This document shows positions 52,896 through 64,000 of a stretch of DNA of 64,000 nt, piece by piece. The stretch lies in NCBI GenBank assembly GCA_013239625.1, contig MU054220.1, forward strand, positions 5,626,626-5,690,625, given 5' to 3'. A program made the translations under genes and the position numbers. Below the pieces are notes generated by a model. That model was not told the DNA's origin. It searched no databases and worked only from the letters and a program-made list of their open reading frames with translations. This DNA comes from Lama guanicoe (taxonomy: Eukaryota). Numbering within the stretch: position 1 is the stretch's first letter; every line of letters begins with the position of its first letter.

Positions 52896-52901
<6 letters not shown>

Positions 52902-53421
52902 GCATGAGAGAGAGAGAAAGAGAAGTAAGAAAAAAGGGCCTGAGCAGCCTGTGTTCCCACTACTTGGCAAGGACACAGGAGTTTTCTCTGGATAGAAAGG
53001 ATACTGTGAAAGGCAGCAGAGCTTAAGCCCCCTTGGGAGTCCCCTAAATGAGCAGCTGCACCTGAAAGAGGGAAGGTAGGCAGAAAATGAAGTAGACCCT
53101 GTGTGGCATGGAGAGAAAGAGGAATCATTTCTTCTCAGGATCACCAGTGTTGGGGATCTACTAAAAGAGAAGCTTCCACGAACCCTCAAATAACCCTAAT
53201 ATGTGTCCCACAAAATTCTAGCCTTTTTTTTTCTCACCAGGAGCTTGGAGTCAGAAGCTTAGCTAATGCTAGATGAGGAATTGGGAGCTGGGGAGGAGAT
53301 AGAGAAGCAGATAACAAGCTTGTCAAATAGTCTGGATACTTGTTCTCAAGAGCAGACGTTGTCTCTCACAGGAGGAGGGGGAAGTAGTCAGGATTGTTCC
53401 CTCCATTTGCCATCTCTTTAA

Positions 53422-53456
53422 TGCGCGCGCGCACACACACACGGACACACACACAC

Positions 53457-53496
<40 letters not shown>
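53422..53496 (+). repeat. Compound (GC)n/(AC)n microsatellite with two GG interruptions
   Basis: tgcgcgcgcgc(ac)n-gg-(ac)n-gg-(ac)n, read directly. Confidence 0.95.
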
Positions 53497-53498
<2 letters not shown>

Positions 53499-54419
53499 CT
53501 TCTGGCAAGTCTTCCTGAAGTTCTGGTAGTGGACAGTTAGAGTGTAGAGATAATGGCAATACCTAGAGCTGAGCAAATACCTCCTCAAAATGAGACCACT
53601 TGAGGTGGGAAGGAAAGAGTTTGGGATTGATATTTATCAGAAGAGACTGATATCCAATCAGTGGCTTTTCTTCCTGACTCTCTTCCCAAGCAGTTCCCAG
53701 AGAGTGGAAGCAAAAAAGAAGTAGACACTTGTTACTAGTAAATAAATAAGTAAAACTTCTCCTGTATATTACATCCCGGAATTAACTCTCCCACTCCTTG
53801 TTACTAAGCCTAAAATTCTGCCACCAAAGATTCATTTCCTTTAGACTGTAAAAATGGCTGAAACCTGTATTGTCTACCATCTCAGGTTTGTTGAGAAAAA
53901 TGAAAACAATGTATGTGATTACCATTGCAAGTTGTAAAAGAAGTATATCACTATCAAATAATAATGATAGTGATAATAGAAATAAATTATAATCTGTAGC
54001 TATCAATTAAACCCCGACATCTGGGTTAAGAGATAGATGTCTTGCAGATTTCTGTGAGAGCGTTTCCTTTCTATTTTACCTACTCTGTTTCTAATCCTTT
54101 TGACTCATGTGAACCAAGGGGGAAGACTCAAAGAGCCCGAGGAAAAGGAGAAAAAAATAAAGTTGATGCAGAGTGGATTATAGTTAGAAGAACACTTCAA
54201 AGAATATCTGGTGAATAATATAAGAATAACTCCATAGCAGTTTAAAAACAATACAAACATAAAAAGTAAACTGTTTGATCTCTTTTCATTTTAATCAATC
54301 CCGCAAGAAACAACTATTACTTGAGCGTCTATAGCTATGATCCTCGCAGAAGCCGATTTGCTTACCTGTATTGGGTATCTTTGAATCTTACACTTCTCCT
54401 GTGCACTGCATCTTTGTTT

Positions 54420-54630
54420 TTTGAGTGCTAGGCACCATTTTAAGAGCTTTACACTTGCTGTATTATTTCAGTACCTACAATGAGCAGGTACAATTATTTT
54501 TCCAACTTTAGGGAGGAGAAACTGAGGCACAGAGGGATTAAATAACTTGCTTGTCACACAGCCATAAGTTGTAGAGGTGAGATTTAAACTCAAGAAGTCT
54601 GGTTTCAGGCTGTGCTCTTAATTACTAACT
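54420..54630 (-). mobile_element. MIR SINE
   Basis: 'gtgctaggcacc...gagaaactgaggcacagagggattaaataacttgc..gtcacacagc...gatttaaactcaag'. Confidence 0.8.
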
Positions 54631-56768
54631 TAAACTGGTAACTCTTGTGGTTTATCCTCCTGTTTCTGGGCAGAAGCATTTGTAAACCATCCTATTTAGG
54701 TGGTAGTCTGATTGCTTCTATAATGAAAATTTGTTTCTAATCTTGCTTAGTTGTTTATACACACACACACGTACACACACTCACTCACTTAACTCCTTGC
54801 CAGCTTCTTTTAATTTGGGGAAAGATGTCTAGGTCTTTTGGTGCTTAATCCTTTGATCATGAACTATGTGTCTTTTAACTCCGGATTTATTTTATCTTTA
54901 AAAATGGCACAACTTAAAGATTCTGACTGCCAGCCATTGAGAGCACTGAAGTAAGAATTATTCTATCCAAGGCTACCATTTATTAGCTCTGTGTATCCTT
55001 GGTCTTGTATAAACATTTTGAACTTCAATTTCCTTTTCCTTAAGAAAAGGTAATTCTACCCACCTCACAGGTGGTTATGAAGATTGTAAAAGATGCTCTG
55101 TATAAACTCTAAGGACCTTTGTAAATGGATGGTGCTACTGATAACTAATTTGTTCTATTTTCTGTATCATCTCTTCATCTCTCCTTGAAAAATGAGATTT
55201 CCCCTGGTCTTCCATCCTCTGCCAGTACTCCAGAGTTTAAGTAGATAACTTCAGTTTCTCACATAGTAACTTCATCAGAGAAATGAGAAGTATGTATTTG
55301 AAAGTGGAGAAAAATGAGGCCAAAGAGTCACACAGGGGAATTGGAACCAGAAGCAGTTCTAACTCACAGTCTAAATCCATTTTCTTTAGATTACAGTGTT
55401 CACTTTTTCTCACCTGTGCTTTTCCTTTTATTTCATCACATAGTATTTTTATCTCTATTCAGAACTAAGGAAGGAAAAAATAAAAATAAAAATTAACTCA
55501 AATATCAATTTCACGAAGTCTTTTTTCAGCAATTTTCAGATTCCTAGTTCTATGTTTATATATAGAATATGAATTGGTAAGAACTTAAGTTTCTATGGGA
55601 CTTCATTGTTATGTGTCTTTACATATTTGCTATATGTTTTACAACACTCATGTTCATTATTCAGTGTGGTTCCTTTGAATAATTTATCTTAAGATTTATC
55701 AAGGAGTGGAATCCTTCCTGTTTTACAGGTGAGGATACAGAAGCTCAAGGAAATTGGTCAGGAAAAACTGCTAGCTAAGGGTTCACAGTTGGTTAAAGGA
55801 AGATGGGGAGTGAATGGTAATAGATCCTTAAAGATTAAATCAGAAAGCACTCCCTTTTCACCTCAAGTGTTATTATTTACTGCTTTATCAGAACTATTCA
55901 ATTAAAAGTTTCCAAACTTCGATCAGAGGATTTATAACACATAAAACCCAACAGCTTTTTTATTGCACTGGAGTCCATAGCACTCAAATGGCCAATCATT
56001 TCTGACCCTGGCTAGCACTTTAAAGGTCAATTTAAGATAGTATTATACTTGGTAAGTGGTAGGTGTGGGCCCCTGCATCTGTGGGAAATATCTAGGGAGA
56101 AGAGAATTCTGTGGAAAGGAAACAATTTTCAGTACATGATGGATAATCATCACACTCACATACATTTGAAAAATTGCATACAATATTTTATAATTAGCAT
56201 ATACAGTTGCTTTCTGACATTAGGAATTAACTTTCCTGTTTGCTCTCCATCTCTGTTTGGTTCCATTATCGGATGTGTCACTGGAATCCACTGGTCCCTG
56301 TAGAACTATGCCTGATATGGGTCTCCCTTAACTCTCAAAGGGCTTATCATATAAAAGAGATGATTTCAGGATTTCAGAATTATCTCTGACCTGTGAAATC
56401 CTGGAAGAGAGAGCTCATTCTATTTCGGTAATTTCTGGAGAGATTATAAATCATGATGATTACAGTGTATGGCAATAGCAAATAGAGTTTACAGTTAATG
56501 AGTATTCATACCATGTTGGTATTACATAATCCCAAGAATCATCATCATCATTTTACATGGCAACAAACTACTGTCATGCACTCTTTTGCTGGTATGGACA
56601 AACAGTGCTCTAGCCCAAAATGACTGTGGTGTGGGCCAGGGTCAGTCACAAAGAGCTCCAAGGGGGAAATGAATTTTATGTAATTCTGATAGAAAGATAA
56701 TGTAGAGGTTGAGATGTTAGAATATGTCCAGGGAAAGTTGCCTGATTGGTCTTCAAAAAATCCAATAG

Positions 56769-57183
56769 CATCATTCTAAGTGAAGTAAGCCAGAAAGAGA
56801 AAGAAAAATACCATAAGATGTTGCTAATATGTGGAATGTTTAAAAAAAAAAAAGGACACTATGAACTCATCTACAAACAGAACAAACAGAAACAGACTTG
56901 TAGACATAGTAAACAATCATGGTTACCAGGGAAAGGGGGTGGGAACGAATAAATTTGGGAATTTGAGATTTACAAATGTTAGCCAGTATATATAAAAATT
57001 GATTTTTTGAAGTTTCTTCTGTAGAGCACAGGGAACTATGTTCAATATTTTGTAATAACCTTTAATGGAAAAGAATATGAAATTGAATATATGTATGCAT
57101 ATGCATGACTGGGACACTGTGCTGTATACCAGAAACTGACACATTATAACTGAAGGTACTTCAATTAAAAAAAAAAGAGAGAG
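56769..57183 (+). mobile_element. Young 5'-truncated L1 3' end (camelid-like)
   Basis: ORF2 end 'IILSEVSQKEKEKYH', a 3'UTR with 'ctgtagagcacagggaactat' and an A tail. TSD-like aaatccaatag (56758-56768) / aaatctaacag (57184-57194). Confidence 0.9.
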
Positions 57184-57245
57184 AAATCTAACAGACAGAC
57201 ATTACCTTAGAAGTAGAAGTCATACAAAGTACAAGTCACTCCAAG

Positions 57246-57804
57246 TGTGGTAGTTAATTTATACGGCAACTTGACTGGGCCATGAGGTGCCCAGATAGCT
57301 GTTTAAACATTATTTCTGGATGTGTCTGTGAGGGTGTTTCTGGAAGAGATGAGCATTTGAATGTATATCCTGAGTAAAGCAGATGGTCCTCCTCAATGTG
57401 AGTCTCATCCAATACTGATGCTGGGGGTCAGAATAGAACAAGAAGGTGGAGGAGGTTTGAATTTGCTCTCTACCTGACTTCTCAAACTGAAACACCAACC
57501 TTCTGCCCTCAGGGTTCCTGGTTCTCAGGCCTTCAGACCTGGACTCGAATCTGTACTCCACCATCAGCTCTCCAGCTCTCAGGCCTTAGAATTCTACCAC
57601 TGGCTTTCCTGGGTCTCCAGCTTGCAGATGGCAGATCATGTGGCTTCTCAGCCTCCAGAATCATGTAAGACAATATGTTATCATCTCTTTCAAGATATAT
57701 ATGCATATAAGTAAATAGATATAAGATTATCTATCTATCTATCTGTCTATCATTTATCTACATCTTTTATTGGTTCTGTTTCTCTGGAAACCCTGAGCAA
57801 TACA
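57246..57804 (+). mobile_element. MLT2B-like ERVL LTR
   Basis: 'tgtggtagttaattt...caacttgactgggcca..gtgcccagata...gtgtctgtgagggtgtttctggaagagat' through 'tattggttctgtttctctgga..ccctga..aataca'. Confidence 0.9.
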
Positions 57805-60164
57805 CTAGTACACAAGATTCCTCAGCTTTGAACTTGTCAGTGCAGCTAGATTCGACTGATTCAGGGAGACTAATTCATTCTGAATAAGCTCACAAGAGAC
57901 TAAAGTATGTTTATCAAATTGAAAATTATTGGTTAATTTTTTGGATAAATAAGACATGGTCTCATCTCTTTGTTAAAAAATAATAATCAGAAGCAGCTTG
58001 ATGAGTATGAATTCATAATAAAGTTAGTTGTAAGACTGAATGGTTTAATGTTAAAACCGTTCTCTGTGATATACTGTCTCTGAAGATCAGAGATCCTCAG
58101 TAAGATTAGTTACTTCATTTAAAACCCTCCCTGTTGATCAGGGTCTGAATCAGTGTTTGTAAAACATGGCTAAGAATTTATTTCTAAACATGACTTTTAT
58201 ATATGCTCAGCTCCTTTAGTTTTATTAGCACCAAGTCTTGATTTGGTCTGGGAGTTTTTCCTTCCACTTAAGGTAATTGTGTGTCCCAATTATCATGCAT
58301 CTTGGGTTAAGTTTATAGTTGTTTCTGAAAAGTTATACTTCTTTTTCTTAAAAAAAAAAACATTTTAGGGACATCTCATTATTGTCTCATTTCAATGCCC
58401 AGAAATCTTTAAGAACAGCTGGAATCAACAGGAGCAGTTGGAGATGTTACGCCTACTCCCATTATAATGTAAGCCTGATAATACCAAGCCCAATGGCGCG
58501 AGTGAGGACTTATAGGCAGTAATGAACAATGTGGTGAAGAATTAAAAGAGACTGGTGTGGTCTGAACAAGCGAAAACATGGTCAAGGGTTATGAGATCAA
58601 TCGGATGGATATTGGGGAAAGATGGATTGGAAGTGGATAGCTGCAGATTCTAGAATGAAATACTAAGGTAAAATTTGGTCTTCTGAAAGCAGAACCATGG
58701 TCAGCTCTGAAGAATGGGGCACTCTCAGGTCAGTCCTAGAACATCCACTGAGTGCCACTGACTTTAGCTCTCTTCTGGGTCATGGAGACACAGAATTAGG
58801 GGAAGACAGACATTAAAAAATTACTTTAAAAATCCATTAAATAATGATGTGACAGAGAGCTATGTAAAGTAGAAGCTTAGAATTCCATGGAAGGATATCA
58901 CAGTGGAATTAAACCGAATTTGAGGGGGTGGTGGTGGGGTTCTGAAGCAACTTGCTGGAATAATAAATTAATTTGTTTATAGTTATGAATCTGCAAGTAC
59001 CAGCAGGGAATTAGAATACCAAAAAAAAAGAGTAGGATACTAGTTGCTTATGTGGGGTCAGAGGATCTGAGACTCTTGCTTTCAGTTTTTGTTTTTTGGG
59101 TTTTTTTTAATATCAGTAGCATAAACTAGTTTCCATGTGCAAACATTTCTGAGACTCAGTGAATATTCTGGGTATCTGGGTGATAACTGGTCTCCCTGGG
59201 ATTCCAAGCCATATCTAACTCCAGTGAATTTACTCAATAACCGTGTGCATATCACAAATTCCAAATGCCTGTTTGGAGATATCTCTTCTACTATGAGTAT
59301 AGGTATCTTAGATAGGAATGTGGAAGATTGAACATTATGAACTGTACCTGGAAACTGAGTAAAATTCAGGGGGGTGGTGCACACTAGGTGGGACCCATGT
59401 CTTTAGTCTCATTCATTCATTCTGCAAATTACCATCTGTGCCAAAATGTGCAGTTATGGTTGCAGTGGGCTTCTAGAGAGAACGGTGTTAACAAATCATT
59501 TTCTCTCTCTTCTCCTGGGGTTTAAAATGTCACCAGAGCCCTGGGATGTAATAGAGGATTTTAATGTACATTCAGGTGTATGATTCTTTCTATTATCATT
59601 CTGATTATTATTATCATTATTCACATCCTATTAGCTTTTCACCTTGAGCTAATGTGACATTTCAGTGCTATGGAAAATCAATGAGGCAAAAATTTCTCAT
59701 GCTACCACAAACAATTACTGTTGATTTAAGTACAAAGACTAAATACCACATGGACAATATGGATAAAGAGATTAAAATGCACACACATACATCCCATCCA
59801 TTATTGAGGATCTTTTAAGTGGTTTTCAAAATTAGTGTTTTCTGCTGGGAAGAAAAGATTCCCTTATGAATGACCATAACATGAACTGAAACTTGCTTTC
59901 AGCATAATTAGCTGTGTCCTCACTTCTGATAATGATACCAAACTTTGGATTTAATTAGATTCTAATTGCTGTTTTAAATTGTCTCCTGCCTCAAACTTTG
60001 CTTTCTTTGTCATCTCATTGTGGGGTTTTTTTTCCATTTTCTATATTTGTTCCTGTACTGCGACCATAATACGTAACAAATTAGTCACAATTTTTTTTAA
60101 CAAAGAAGGTAGTCCTAGCAACAATGTATGGTGTTTTCCAAGAAGCTTCTCTAATAATGACTTT

Positions 60165-60540
60165 GTGTGACCGAGAATGTCTTACTGTTTATGGAGCACA
60201 CATTCAGTTTCTCCTGGGAAAAAGCTAGCTCATGTTTCCTTGTAGTTAGGTACAGCCACATGACCAAGTCCTGGTCAGTGGAATGTATAGAAGTGATCTG
60301 GCTCAGAAAACTTTTCACTGGGCCCTCCATTCTATTTCTTCCCCCGTCAACTGGCTGGATGTTGATGTCCAGATAAACTTGGATGTCACATAGTTTTCAA
60401 GCCTTTGGTATGCTGGATATCTTCTTCCCACCCCCACCTATTAGTTTTCATTATGTGAGTGAGAAACAATCATCTAATGGGTTAAGCTATAGAAATTCAC
60501 GGTCCAGCTGTTCTAGCAGCTAGCATTACCTTATTTAAAA
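60165..60540 (+). mobile_element. MaLR LTR (MLT1J-like)
   Basis: 'ccttgtagttaggtacagccacatgaccaagtcctggtcagtggaatgt...tgtgagtgagaaa...gttctagcagctagcattacc'. Confidence 0.7.
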
Positions 60541-60589
60541 CATTAAGTAAAATCTCCCATGGACCATTGGCTACTATTTTACTGTACCT

Positions 60590-61041
60590 TGGAATTGACA
60601 GGGTTTTCCAGAGAAACAGACCCACAGGATATATTTAACATACACACACACACACACACACACATTATATATTATATAATAATATATGTTGGTACATATA
60701 TTTACATAGATTTTAATCTATATATAAAGATATTTATTTCAAAGAATTGGCTTACACAGTTATGGGGGCTGGCAGTATTTAAATAGGGCAGTCCCACAGG
60801 CTGGAAACTTAGGCTGGAAACTCAGTGTTGAGGCAAAATTTCTTCTTCCTCAGAAAACCTCTATTTTGCTCTTAAGGCCTTTCCATTGATTGTGTGAGGC
60901 CCTCCCACATAATCGAGGCAATCTTTTTTTTTTTCCCTGAAAGTGTACTGATTGGAGATGTTAACCACATCTACACGATACTTTCCCAGCAACACATATT
61001 AATGTTTATAACTCTGACCAGGATGACAAATTAAACTATTA
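60590..61041 (-). mobile_element. MLT2D-like ERVL LTR with an internal (CA)n/(TA)n tract
   Basis: 'cagggttttccagagaaacagaccca...gaattggcttacacagttatgggggctggca...ttttgctcttaaggccttt...gatgttaaccacatctaca'. Confidence 0.85.
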
Positions 61042-63284
61042 TGCCCTGGTAAAGAAAGCCATCTTTATTTAAATTCAGAAGTTTAACATCAGAAATTATA
61101 TAAAAGCTTCTTCTTAATGCAATGGGAATGTCTAAATGGAAAGCTTTATTGGAAGTGCATAATTTTTTAATTAGAAAAAGCATGTGCATACCAGGAGTCA
61201 CTAAATAAAACCTACAGTGTCCAGTCGGACACAATAATAAGTCAACGTGTGGATAAAATTGAGTCTAAGAAGAGGAATAGTGGAGCCTGTGAAAAACTGG
61301 GGTAGGTAGTGGAATTCAAAAGGTTCACAACATTGTGTCAGAAAAAAGCAAAACTACCTGTGGGTTGTTTAGAGATACTTTGTTAACCTCTAAATAGTCA
61401 CATATCTTTTTCCTCCTAAAAATATTGAAGCTATTGGAATCAGATGATTCCACCAGAACTGATGACTCAGGAGGTCCACAGCTGTCTTCCTGAGAACGTG
61501 AAAAATATGAAGAAATGGGAGATAGGCAGAGGCTATTCTCCACACAGAAGTTGTAATGTGGGCAGGGGTAAAATGCAGCGTGAGCTGATGGTATGTGGGA
61601 CCGTGTATGTGATTTCCATGGTCTTGGTCTTACGCATCAGAGGAGGCAATGGTTTCAAATCATGTATAAAAACCATCACTGTCTAGACAGCCACAGTGAG
61701 TGAGAGGGAGACAGCACAGCCTTCAGGTGCCCTATTGGCTTTGTGAACTTGAACAAATCACAAAGCATTCTGAGCTTCAGTTTCCTTACCTGTCAGTTAA
61801 GGGGACAGGATACAGTGGTCCCCCAAAATGTCTTTCAGATCTAGCATTTGTTGATTCCATAATGTGTCTCCTCTAAGGAGAGGTGTGTGTTCCTACTCAC
61901 TTCCCAGTTGTAGCAAAGTATCTAAAAGTCATTTAGAACTTAGCTGGCCTTTAAAAATACGTATCAGAAACAGTAATACCATTTACTAATGTTTACCAAG
62001 AACATTTAAGTACCTAGCATTATATGTGTAATATGTAATCATCACAATATCCCCAATTAGGTGCAGAAGACAAAAGCTAAGATGGCAGTGGGTTACATTA
62101 ATCGCTGAGATCATACAGATAAAAAGTAGCCACGCAGGCATCCACACCCAGGCTTCACAACAGTAGGACTGCCATCTCAGCTGGATCTCTCAGCCTTCAC
62201 CCCGAATCCACACCAGGATGCATAGGAAGCATTAATGTCTGCATTTCTCTCTGCTCATCTCAGCTCCCTCCTCAAGAAGCAGTGTCCACACCTGCTTCTT
62301 ATCATTTCCAATGTCCACTTATTTCCCTCTCCAATCCCCTACACAAGTCCAATCTGCCTTTACGCCCCGTTAATAATGACAGCCAGGATGCTCCCTCTTG
62401 TAAATTGCTTTTCACTTCGGCCATTTCCCAGACAGCTGATGTGAAGTTTGTAGTTTGTAAAAGCAGGGAAGGGGCAGCACACAGGGACAAGCCAGAGTAT
62501 AGGCTTCTCTTTTCCTGGGACATGTTTGCAATGCGCTACACAATTTAGAGAAAAAGAGAAAAGTTGAAATGAAGCACAGTAAAATGGAAAAAACAGAGAG
62601 GTTGCTTCTGAAACATGGTTAAAATGCCTGGGTCGGTGTCCCCTATGAAAAAAATTAATGGCATCTTCCCTGAGAAATGCTCTCCCTTCTCTTGCAAAAA
62701 GAAAAGCTCTTTCCGGATCGTAAACAGCCCTCTTCTGCTCAGCCAGGGTCATCCCTCCTCTGCTCAGTCTCCACTCGTTGTCAGATGCCCGCCCTGCTTG
62801 TGATCACACAGCTGCGCCGCTGCCCTGGTGGAGTGAGGCCTCCAGCCATCCCCTTTTATCACATGCTCTTGCAGACAGACTCTGCAGGCTGGTTCCTTGT
62901 TACTGATAAGATCTCTACCCTGGAACTCCGGGGGTTGCCGAGCAGCAGACTCTTGTCTGAGAGATGTGGTGTGAATTCCAACTGTAAAGAATTACCAATG
63001 ACACCCAGATATCTAGATTTCAGAAGTTTCCGTGGTAGTTCCTCTGTTTATCTCCAATTCCTAATAGTCTACACCTGTACCTGAATTGACTGTGAGGCAT
63101 TAGGTATCTTTACCAAGTTTCCTTCTTCAAGTGCGTCTCAGCGTTCCGGAAAGTGGAAAACAGAATACAGATCCCAGAATCTATTGCCAAAATCTGTCCT
63201 GATTGTCACTATCCGCCTCAGCGAAGCTAGGGCTTGTGCATTACTGTGCATCCACAGTCTGGAATGTGGGCTCACTTGTCTGTA

Positions 63285-63825
63285 TGGGTGTTAGTTTTCT
63301 GTCATTGCTGTAATAATGCTTTGTGGCATAAAGCTGCACACATTTATGATCTTACAGTTCTGTAAGTCAGAAGTCGCGTATGAGTCTCATGCAACTAAAG
63401 TCAGGTGGTCAGCAGGGCTGCAGTCCTTCCTGCAGGCTCTAGAGGGGAATCTATTTTCTGCTCACTAGGGTTACTGGCAGAATTCAGTTCCTGGGACGGT
63501 AGGCCGAGGCCCCTGTTTAGCTGACATCCATTCCCAGCCCTTAGAAGCCACACTACACTTCTTTACTCCTGATCTCTTTCCTCCATCTTCAAAGCCAGCA
63601 ACAGTGTGTCCAGTTCTTCCCATGCCACACCTGTCTGGCCCACTGTCCTGTCTTCCTCTCCCACGTTTGGACTCAGTGATTAGATTAGGCCCCCATGGAT
63701 CATCAAGATAATCTCCCCATTTCAAGGTCACATCTACAACTTCCCTTTGCCATGTAAGGTAATGTATTCATAGGTTCCAGAGTTGAGGCTGTGGTCATCT
63801 TTACTGGGGCCATACTCAGCCTCTT
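63285..63825 (-). mobile_element. MaLR LTR (MLT1D/E-like)
   Basis: 'ttagttttctgtcattgctgtaa...cttacagttctgtaagtcagaagtc...ggcagaattcagttcct...ccctttgccatgtaaggtaa..tattcataggttccag'. Confidence 0.85.
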
Positions 63826-64000
63826 AGTAGTATTTAAACATCAGCTCAGATGTCCCCCTTTTCAGAGGGTTCTTCCTTGATCATAGGAAATACTATTTTC
63901 ACACTAATGATTATTATGTGCATTTATTTTTTAATTAATTATTTTTAAATGATTAAATCACATAATGATTTAAACCTGCTTATGTATTGTTTTTGCTTGT

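Noticed and set aside
52750..53810. Possible ancient LTR around the microsatellites
   Set aside because: Only a purine-rich composition and an AATAAA near 53741; I could not establish termini, a TSD or a family motif.
62235..63084. Cluster of 60-135 aa ORFs on both strands
   Set aside because: The translations are not protein-like and overlap in conflicting frames.
1..64000. CRISPR array, operon, numt or processed pseudogene
   Set aside because: No regularly spaced repeats, no gene-dense region, and no mitochondrial- or mRNA-like segment recognised. Small exons of a host gene cannot be excluded without alignment.

Overview
This is mammalian non-coding DNA (intergenic or deep intronic), very probably from a camelid (alpaca, llama or camel). 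The evidence is a vic-1-type tRNA-derived SINE at 17350-17509 and three short, young L1 3' ends resembling camelid L1. I find no supportable protein-coding exon, RNA gene, CRISPR array or prokaryotic system; the listed ORFs are chance frames or decayed L1 ORF2. Roughly half the window is recognisable transposon relics: MIR, L2, MaLR/ERVL/ERV1 LTRs, hAT DNA transposons and old L1. The largest is a 4.9-kb L1MC-type element that retains both ends and a candidate TSD but has lost ORF1 and the RT catalytic motif. The most unusual structure is a composite templated insertion at 23934-24041: a perfect 79-bp copy of DNA 685 bp upstream joined to a 26/27 match to DNA 2.2 kb downstream. Other points of note are a twin-primed 5'-inverted L1, several nested insertions with TSDs, and two minus-strand ERV1-type solo LTRs bracketing a unique GC-richer segment with a G-quadruplex motif. 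Repeat family names are from my recall of consensus sequences, not a database search. Boundaries are approximate unless TSDs are quoted. I do not see a new biological system here.
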